Assembly (NCBI GenBank): GCA_051893885.1
Contig: JBJFHS010000250.1
Span: 1-39,181 of the forward strand
DNA length: 39,181 nucleotides
Source: Eubacteriales bacterium
GTDB lineage: Bacteria > Bacillota > Clostridia > Oscillospirales > CAG-272
Reading direction: 5' to 3'
The first letter of the stretch is position 1. Each line of letters begins with the position of its first letter. The position numbers and the translations under genes are program-made. This document shows, piece after piece, positions 32,590 to 39,181 of this stretch. The notes beneath the pieces are model-generated. The model ran no database searches. It was not told the origin of the DNA and saw only the letters and a list, made by a program, of their open reading frames with translations.

Positions 32590-35400
32590 TCATTTTTTTG
32601 ACCTGCGAATTGCCGCAGCTGACGCATAGCAGATAAAATACAGCACTGTTATCGCAGCCGCGGGAATCAGAGCAAACAGCGCACTGAGCGTCGCAGCCTC
32701 TCCCGAGCACAGCTTTGCCCCAACCTTTGTCAGCATCAGAAATGACGTCAGCGCAGCGGAGAAAAGTATGAAAAGTATATCGGCGTTGCTGAGCGAATTC
32801 CGCTTCTTTTTCGGCTTTAGTATCACCTCGGTCAGTATAAGTCCCGATAAAATCACGCCGCCGGAGAGTACCGATGCGCCCTCGCCCGCCGATTTTGTCA
32901 CGTATAACGCTAAATACGCCGTCAGAGAGAGTATCGCGCCCCAGATGATCCCAAAAATTACCGGCACAGCTGAGGAGAAATCCACGGGTTTTTGCGTTGC
33001 TTCGTCCTCGTCTCCGTTGTCAGCCTTTGATGAGACAATGCCGGATGAGCGAATTTCCATAAAATTGCCGAACGCCATTACGAGAGACGCCGTAAAGTCG
33101 AACAGCAGTCCCCATATGAGTATGAAAACCGCCGAAAGCTGGGGAAGGGAAAAAATTACCGACGCGAACATTACGCAAAGCCGCGCGCTCTGTGACGCAG
33201 TGAGGTAGAATTTCGCGCTCTCAATGTTGCCTGACGCCCTGAGCGACGACTTGATCACACGCACCACGCCGTCAAGTCCGCCCGACTGTGAGTCATATCC
33301 TATAGACTGACTGTTATGCTGTTTGGAATTACTGTCATGCTGTCCACCGTTTGCCGCAAAATCGGGATAAACCACGGCGTCCGAATTCCGCGCGAGTGTT
33401 TCGGGTATCGTTCTGACGTTTGAGGCGGCGACAGTTATTCCGTGCTCGGCCTCTGCTAAAACTCCCGAGTTCCAGACGCTTCTTCCGACCGCTATCGAGT
33501 CCTCTCCGCCGAGCTGCTTCATTATCTGCGCGGAAGATGCGGCAAATTCACGCTCGCTCATACCCTCAAATGAAATTACGGCGGGATTGTTTCCGTTCCT
33601 GATCGACTCAATTCCGGCGTTGTCAGTCGCGTGCAGCACTTTCGCGTTTTTGACGAACAGCCCGAGCTTTAATAAATAGTAGTAATCAGCCTGCGCGTTC
33701 TGCGTGAAAAGTATCGGAGAAACGCCGCGCCGGGTGAGAAATTCGATGTTTTCCCGAGCGTACCTCTCCTCTTTTTCAGCTATTGCGAAGTATCCTACAA
33801 ATGTCATGTACTGCGTCAGCACGGGCAGCCTTGTCAGACTCTGGAACTGTGATTTTCTCTTTGCCACCGCAACAACGCGTCCGCCGCTTATCTCAAGACG
33901 GGCACATTCGGTGAAAATTTTCTTTTTTGTCTCAAAATCGAGCTCAGCTATGCCGTTTTCAGTCTCAACTGATGTGCAGCAGCGCATTACGTCGTCGATT
34001 TTGCCGCAGGAAATTGCGTAAAATTCGTTTTCGATAAGTACAAGAGAGGTTTCCGTCCCCATCGAGCCCTCAGCCTCATGACCGCGGTGGTCTGCGAGAG
34101 CACATTCGGACGGGATATTTTTCATCACGGCTTTGATGTATGCCTCAGCAGCGAGGGAAGTGAGAGTTTCCGATTCACTGTTCTTTACGCTTTCGCCGCC
34201 GCTTGAGAGCCCCGTATTCACGCTCAGAGAAGCCGATTTCGCATAGTCTATAATCCGCTCAAGGGATTTGTCCTCGATGAGACCGTCCTTTGCTTCCCTG
34301 TAGCCGCCCGATGTTCTGTAAGCAGAGATGACCGCCTCTCCCGATTTGAAATACGACGAGCCGCAGAACACGATCCGGCTGACACGTCCGATTCCTCCGA
34401 GCTTTTCGGGATTCCGTATGACCGCGCGGGTGGAGAGCTCACTGTGACCGCACTTCCACTTTTTGTCGGCGCAGTCGCGGATTGACACCGAGAAAATTAT
34501 GTATCCGATAACGGTCAGAAATTCGCTCATCGCCGCGGTCGCCATAGCCATCGAGGACAGAAAAACGCTTGGAAGGCTGTTGTTTTTTCCGAGAGCCATC
34601 GACAGCACCGTCAGCACCATTACGCATCCGAGCATTACGAGCGAAACGGTTCGGCTTTTTATTTTCAGCTTCTCGATTTCGGGAATTTCCGCCGTCTCAA
34701 GCTCAATTCCGCCCTGTTTCATCGCGATAAGAGTGTCGTCTCCCGTAGCAGTGACAACCATCCTGACCGAGCCGGAAATTACGCTTGAGCCGGCAAAAAG
34801 CATATTCGAGCGGTATTCGCACGGCACGTCGTGGCTTCCTTTGGCGAGCTGTATGGCGGAGTTGAACTTCTTCACCGGGGTTTTGTTCTCGGTAATTCCG
34901 CGCTCGAGAACAGACGCCCCGAAGCCTGACACCACACGCCCGTCGCATGGAACGGTGTCACCCGCCTCGAGGAACACGATGTCACCCGGAACCAGCTCGA
35001 GCGCGGACGGCATCTTTAATTTTCCGCCCCTTATGACGGAACAGGCGGGTATTTTAGACTTCGCGGAATCCTCCAAAATGCGGTTGGCCCTGATGAACGT
35101 GACGCTGCGCATTACAGCTCCGATTATCAGTATTGCGCTCAGCCAGCCTGCCTCATAGCTCTTGTCGAAAAGTGCGGCACAGACGGCGGCGACTACCAGT
35201 ATCAGCGTGGCGATATCGAAAACCGACGACGCAATGCTGGACAGCGACGGCGAATGCCTGATGTGCCACAGCGAGTTTGAGCCGTATTTCTTCCTGCGCC
35301 GCGCCGCCTCCCGGTCGTCAAGCCCCTTGTACATATCGACTGACAGCCGCTCAAGGGTCTCCCTGTCCGTCAGAAGATGCCAGTCGTTTTTTGATTCCAT
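32590..35400 (-). CDS. P-type (P2-like) cation ATPase homolog lacking all catalytic signature motifs (pseudo-ATPase)
   Basis: It has a Cation_ATPase_N-like N-terminus, an A-domain (PGDIVFLEAGDTVPCDGRVV) and about 10 TM segments. However, DKTGT is replaced by GSSYF, TGES by ITEN, PEGLP by SEFLT, DPPR by EKEE, TGD by TQN and GDGVND by GRSVWN. Confidence 0.8.
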   Translation of the reverse strand: MESKNDWHLLTDRETLERLSVDMYKGLDDREAARRRKKYGSNSLWHIRHSPSLSSIASSVFDIATLILVVAAVCAALFDKSYEAGWLSAILIIGAVMRSVTFIRANRILEDSAKSKIPACSVIRGGKLKMPSALELVPGDIVFLEAGDTVPCDGRVVSGFGASVLERGITENKTPVKKFNSAIQLAKGSHDVPCEYRSNMLFAGSSVISGSVRMVVTATGDDTLIAMKQGGIELETAEIPEIEKLKIKSRTVSLVMLGCVMVLTVLSMALGKNNSLPSVFLSSMAMATAAMSEFLTVIGYIIFSVSIRDCADKKWKCGHSELSTRAVIRNPEKLGGIGRVSRIVFCGSSYFKSGEAVISAYRTSGGYREAKDGLIEDKSLERIIDYAKSASLSVNTGLSSGGESVKNSESETLTSLAAEAYIKAVMKNIPSECALADHRGHEAEGSMGTETSLVLIENEFYAISCGKIDDVMRCCTSVETENGIAELDFETKKKIFTECARLEISGGRVVAVAKRKSQFQSLTRLPVLTQYMTFVGYFAIAEKEERYARENIEFLTRRGVSPILFTQNAQADYYYLLKLGLFVKNAKVLHATDNAGIESIRNGNNPAVISFEGMSEREFAASSAQIMKQLGGEDSIAVGRSVWNSGVLAEAEHGITVAASNVRTIPETLARNSDAVVYPDFAANGGQHDSNSKQHNSQSIGYDSQSGGLDGVVRVIKSSLRASGNIESAKFYLTASQSARLCVMFASVIFSLPQLSAVFILIWGLLFDFTASLVMAFGNFMEIRSSGIVSSKADNGDEDEATQKPVDFSSAVPVIFGIIWGAILSLTAYLALYVTKSAGEGASVLSGGVILSGLILTEVILKPKKKRNSLSNADILFILFSAALTSFLMLTKVGAKLCSGEAATLSALFALIPAAAITVLYFICYASAAAIRRSKK

Positions 35401-35452
35401 AAAAACATACCTTTCGGTTTATTGCGATTGCTGAATCATTCTGCCTGCTGAA

Positions 35453-37729
35453 TCATTTCACTTTGATTCCGTTTTCGTCGGCGTCGACAGTCACGTGTTC
35501 AAGCAGACCGCGCTTTGCAATAATCAGCTCGGCTATTTTGTCCTCTATCTCTGTCTGAATCAGGCGGCGCATATTTCTCGCACCGAACTTGACCGAATAC
35601 GATTTTTCCGACACGTAATCGCGCGCAGATGAGGTGAAGTCGACCGAAATTCCCTTTTTGTCGAGAACACCCTCGAGGTCGGAGAACATTATGTCCGCTA
35701 TCGCCTTGAAGTTTTCCTTTGAGAGCGGGTTGAATGTGATTATCTCGTCCACGCGGTTTATGAACTCGGGGCGGAGGAATTCCTCGAGAGCTCTCCTTGT
35801 CTTGTCCTCGGTCATAGCCTTGGGAGAGTCTGCAAAGCCCGCCTTGGCCTGAGCGTATGTGCTGCCCGCGTTTGTCGTCATGACGATTATCGTGTTTGTG
35901 AAGTCGACCTGTTTTCCGTGAGAGTCGGTGATTATTCCGTCGTCGAGTATCTGGAGCAGAATGTTCATTACGTCGGGGTGCGCCTTCTCGATTTCGTCGA
36001 ACAGGATCACGGAATACGGTCTGCGGCGGATTTTTTCGGTGAGCTGACCCGCGTCGTCGTATCCAACGTATCCCGGAGGAGAGCCTATTATGCGCGATAC
36101 CGAGAACTTGTCCATGAATTCGCTCATGTCGAGCCTTATAAGAGTCTCGGGCGAGTTGAACAGATCCGCGGCGAGCACCTTGACAAGCTCCGTTTTTCCC
36201 ACGCCTGTAGGACCTGCGAAGATGAATGATACCGGCTTTTTCTTGTACGTCACTCCGGCTCTCGAACGTCTTACCGCGCGTGATACCGCGTTCACAGCCT
36301 CGTTCTGACCGACGATTCTGAGAGAAAGGCGTTTTTCGAGCATCTCGAGCTTTTCGTACTCGCTCTCCGCAATCGCAGACGCCGGAACTCCCGTCCATAT
36401 CTCGATTACGTCGCACAGGTCGCTCTCGTTCATCATCACGTTGCCGCAGAGTATATCCAGCTCGCCGAGACGGTTTTCGATTCGCATCTGTTCCGCTCTG
36501 TAGTCTGCGAGCTTTTTGTACCGCTCTTCGGCTTCCTCGTCCGATTTCGGAGCTTCACCGCCGTTGATCAGCGCCTCAAGCTCTCCCATCTCTTTTTCAA
36601 CCCGAACTTTGCGGTCTGCGAGCTCGTGACGTTCGTTTATCTCGGGCGTGTTAACGGAGATGTGCGACGCCGCCTCGTCGATTAAGTCTATCGCCTTGTC
36701 GGGGAGGTATCGGTCGGTGATGTATCTCTCTGACAGCTGTGCTGCGGAGGAAAGGAGCGAATCCGCTATCTTCACGCCGTGGTAGTCCTCGTAATACTTC
36801 TTGATTCCGCGCAGAATGTCTACGGTTTCGTCAACTGATGGCTCGTTTACCATGACCGGCTGAAAACGTCTCTCGAGCGCGGTGTCCTTTTCGATGTATT
36901 TTCTGTATTCGGTGAGTGTCGTCGCGCCGATAACCTGAATCTCACCCCTTGAGAGGGCGGGCTTGAGTATATTCGCGGCGTTCATGCTTCCCTCGGCGTC
37001 ACCTACTCCGACGATATTGTGCACCTCGTCGATCACAAGGATGACATTCCCCTTTGCCTTTACGTCTCCGAGAAGTCCGAGCACGCGTGATTCAAACTGA
37101 CCCCTGAACTGGGTTCCGGCGACAAGCGCGGTCAGATCGAGCAGGCAGACGTCGTGGTCCTTCAGCCTGTACGGGACGTTTCCTGAGGCAATTTTTTCGG
37201 CGAGAGCTTCGGCAATCGCGGTTTTTCCGACGCCCGGCTCACCGATAAGACAGGGGTTGTTCTTCTGTCTGCGGCAGAGAATCTGAATTACTCTCTCAAG
37301 CTCACGGTCGCGTCCGACTATTCTGTCGAGCTTTCCCTCACGCGCCCTCTGGGTCAGGTTGGTGGTATAGCCGGAGAGGTATTTGTACTCCTTTTCTCCG
37401 CCATCCTTGCTTTTCTCGCGATTTTTGGTGCCCGATTCCGACTTTTTCGCGCCCTCGCCCATCAGCTTTGAGAAATTGAGCAGGGGAGCCGCTCCGTTTG
37501 TTTCGCCCGGAGTTATCTCACCGCTGTCGATGAGCTCCTGCATATCGCTGTTGAGGCGCTCTATCGTCTCGTCGTCAAGGCCTTCGCGGGCGAGAATATC
37601 GTCCATCGGCTTTATTCCGAGCTCTTTTGCGCACTTGATGCAGAAACCCTGCGGTTTGTCATTCCCGCTCTGAGCGTTGTAAAGAAAAACTACAGCCACT
37701 CTTTTATGGCATCTTGAACACATTGTCAT
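35453..37729 (-). CDS. ClpC/ClpA-class double-AAA+ unfoldase with an N-terminal C4 zinc ribbon instead of Clp_N repeats
   Basis: D1 has GEPGVGKT, D2 has GPTGVGKT, and sensor and arginine-finger regions are present. The AGF loop resembles the ClpP-docking tripeptide. The N-terminus has C4-x2-C7-x22-C30-x2-C33. Confidence 0.85.
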   Translation of the reverse strand: MTMCSRCHKRVAVVFLYNAQSGNDKPQGFCIKCAKELGIKPMDDILAREGLDDETIERLNSDMQELIDSGEITPGETNGAAPLLNFSKLMGEGAKKSESGTKNREKSKDGGEKEYKYLSGYTTNLTQRAREGKLDRIVGRDRELERVIQILCRRQKNNPCLIGEPGVGKTAIAEALAEKIASGNVPYRLKDHDVCLLDLTALVAGTQFRGQFESRVLGLLGDVKAKGNVILVIDEVHNIVGVGDAEGSMNAANILKPALSRGEIQVIGATTLTEYRKYIEKDTALERRFQPVMVNEPSVDETVDILRGIKKYYEDYHGVKIADSLLSSAAQLSERYITDRYLPDKAIDLIDEAASHISVNTPEINERHELADRKVRVEKEMGELEALINGGEAPKSDEEAEERYKKLADYRAEQMRIENRLGELDILCGNVMMNESDLCDVIEIWTGVPASAIAESEYEKLEMLEKRLSLRIVGQNEAVNAVSRAVRRSRAGVTYKKKPVSFIFAGPTGVGKTELVKVLAADLFNSPETLIRLDMSEFMDKFSVSRIIGSPPGYVGYDDAGQLTEKIRRRPYSVILFDEIEKAHPDVMNILLQILDDGIITDSHGKQVDFTNTIIVMTTNAGSTYAQAKAGFADSPKAMTEDKTRRALEEFLRPEFINRVDEIITFNPLSKENFKAIADIMFSDLEGVLDKKGISVDFTSSARDYVSEKSYSVKFGARNMRRLIQTEIEDKIAELIIAKRGLLEHVTVDADENGIKVK

Positions 37730-37767
37730 ATTATTTTTACCTTATTCTATATAGCTTATTTTTGTTA

Positions 37768-38499
37768 TTACCACTTTATGATTTTGTTCACGGCATCGAT
37801 AGGGTTGTGCTCCATCAGATATTTGCAGATTCGGGTGTCCTCGACCACATCCTTGCCGAACAGGGAGGGGTCTATCGCTCCGAGTGATGATACAAGGGAG
37901 GAGAGCACCACAGCAAGTACAAACGCTGCGAGAATTGCTTCGACAACGCCGAAAATCAGTCCGAGGACGGAATTTGCCTGACTGAGCACCGGCAGCTTGA
38001 ATATCAGGTTGAGTATTGCGGTCAGTATCGAGAGCACTACGAACACAGCGAGGAAGATAAGCACGAACGAAATGCAGTTTGCTATAATCTGAGCGGTCGG
38101 GTCGGCTATCTCCTCGGCAAAGGCGCGGACCGTGTTTTCTCCGCATCCCGTGATTCCGGCGATTTTTTCCGTGAATGCGTCGATGTTCACGTTGTATCTC
38201 TCGAGAATTGAGACAAAAGGCTCCGGCAGGTCAACTGCGAGGCGGTCGAGGTTGTATAAATCCGTGCTCGTGTCGAAGGCGAGGGACTTGAGTGTTTCAA
38301 AAATTCCCTCCGTTATGCCTTCCGAGAGATATTTTGTCTTGATTATCGCCGCGAGAACGGGGGTGTATGCGTAAGCCGCGATGAAGGATACCACGGAGGT
38401 GACAAGACCCATAACTGACTTGACGAGTCCTCTGCCCGCTCCCCTCCATATTATTACAACAGCGGTCAGCAATATGATTGCGTCTATGGCTAAGCTCAA
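37768..38499 (-). CDS. cvpA: CvpA family membrane protein
   Basis: The N-terminus is IDAIILLTAVVIIWRGAGRGLVKSV, typical of CvpA, and there are about four TM segments. The start is the TTG at 38499, 6 nt after AGGAGGG. Confidence 0.8.
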   Translation of the reverse strand: MSLAIDAIILLTAVVIIWRGAGRGLVKSVMGLVTSVVSFIAAYAYTPVLAAIIKTKYLSEGITEGIFETLKSLAFDTSTDLYNLDRLAVDLPEPFVSILERYNVNIDAFTEKIAGITGCGENTVRAFAEEIADPTAQIIANCISFVLIFLAVFVVLSILTAILNLIFKLPVLSQANSVLGLIFGVVEAILAAFVLAVVLSSLVSSLGAIDPSLFGKDVVEDTRICKYLMEHNPIDAVNKIIKW

Positions 38500-38605
38500 A
38501 TTTTTTCCCTCCTGTCAAGGACTTGGTTTTGTATTTTTAAATGGTTCGGCGGTTCGGTGAATTCTGTCCCCAAAAATGCACTTCTGCGGTATCGGCTGTG
38601 ATACA

Positions 38606-39181
38606 TCAATCCGTAAAGGCGGGAGAAGCAGAGGTTTTCGAGCAGATGAGCACGCCCTTTGAGAGAGGTACTGCCGTTATTGCCTCGCCCGGGGTTTCTT
38701 CCTCACTAAGCGTGCCGTCGGAGGAGATTTTTATTATCTTCTCGGGAGAGGTCAGATACGCGGCGGCATCGGTATAGTCCACAGAGGCGTAAGCTCCCGT
38801 TATTCTCATGTCGAGGACTTTTTCGCACACCTTGTTTCCGGAGCTGTCGAATACCGCGCACTTGTTTTCGCTTCCGAGCGCGTTCGTGCTTCCCACAATC
38901 ACCGCACCGGATGAATTCAGGTCCGCAAAGCGCAGGTTGATTCCGCTGAAGCTGTAAGAGGAAGTGATTCCTCCGCTGTAGTCGAAGAAGTAAATTCCGT
39001 TGTCGCACAGCAGTATGAATCCGTCTTTCTCCGCGTGAAGCTCAAGCGGCATTGTGTGCGTGTAGGACGAGGTGTACAGCGGCGTGTCCGAGCCCTTTCT
39101 GACTATCGAGATTTCGCAGTCGAGGTCGGTCTGTGCGGGAATGCCGGATGCTATGACGATATACTCACCGTCGGGGGAAAT
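38606..39181 (-). CDS. Hypothetical protein, 5'-partial (frame open to the window edge), beta-repeat rich
   Basis: The frame continues without stops from 39181 (ISPDGEYIVIASG...) through the ORF-track Met at 39052 to the stop at 38606. I cannot assign a family confidently; it may be DUF5711-like. Confidence 0.6.
   Translation of the reverse strand: MSPDGEYIVIASGIPAQTDLDCEISIVRKGSDTPLYTSSYTHTMPLELHAEKDGFILLCDNGIYFFDYSGGITSSYSFSGINLRFADLNSSGAVIVGSTNALGSENKCAVFDSSGNKVCEKVLDMRITGAYASVDYTDAAAYLTSPEKIIKISSDGTLSEEETPGEAITAVPLSKGVLICSKTSASPAFTD

Noticed and set aside
32408-32710. A 100-aa minus-strand ORF spanning the pseudo-ATPase 3' end and the mrp promoter region.
   Set aside because: It overlaps the end of the 936-aa gene out of frame and covers the intergenic promoter. 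It has no RBS.
35499-36416. A 305-aa minus-strand ORF in an alternative frame inside the ClpC-like gene.
   Set aside because: It is an extremely Arg/Gly-rich out-of-frame translation of the AAA+ D2 region. The in-frame Clp reading contains all conserved motifs.
1-39181. Search for CRISPR arrays, IS elements, integrases, phage genes, long direct or inverted repeats, riboswitches or T-boxes.
   Set aside because: I noticed no spaced direct repeats, no transposase- or recombinase-like ORFs and no long structured leaders while reading both strands. Intergenic regions are short and are accounted for by promoters and terminators. A computational repeat scan could still find short repeats I missed.

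Overview
The 39.2-kb window looks like chromosomal DNA from a moderately GC-rich Clostridia anaerobe, probably Oscillospiraceae/Ruminococcaceae-like. All family calls come from reading motifs in the supplied translations; no searches were run. Coding density is high and mostly on the minus strand. I found no transposase, integrase, CRISPR array, rRNA or obvious prophage.

Contents, left to right:
- A partial tRNA-Thr.
- Three M42 aminopeptidase paralogs, interrupted by a CDP-alcohol phosphatidyltransferase-like gene that has no usable start codon.
- murD.
- A MazF/EndoA toxin gene with no adjacent antitoxin.
- A TauE/SafE permease, an ASCH protein, an EamA transporter and a lone URO-D/MtaA-like methyltransferase.
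- tRNA-Cys.
- An unknown 269-aa protein, a six-hairpin glycosidase-like protein and an ABC exporter.
- Two small secreted or membrane-anchored proteins of unknown family.
- azlCD and an HdeD-like protein.
- An 860-aa ORF that fuses a TetM/EF-G-like translational GTPase to a YacP/Rae1-type NYN ribonuclease, followed by a cytoplasmic papain-fold amidase-like gene.
- tRNA-Ser and a GH27 alpha-galactosidase.
- An 11-gene [FeFe]-hydrogenase locus: mrp, hydC, six sensory/kinase/phosphoesterase genes, a 2Fe-2S ferredoxin, hydB and hydA.
- A full-length P-type ATPase homolog that lacks every catalytic signature.
- A ClpC-like unfoldase whose N-domain is replaced by a C4 zinc ribbon.
- cvpA and a 5'-partial unknown gene.

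Several transcription units carry exact or near-exact TTGACA-17-TATAAT promoters and clear intrinsic terminators.

The best candidates for undescribed biology are:
1. The GTPase-NYN fusion (18011-20593).
2. The catalytically dead P-type ATPase and its Clp/CvpA neighbourhood (32590-38499).
3. The sensory module embedded in the hydrogenase operon (26995-30862).
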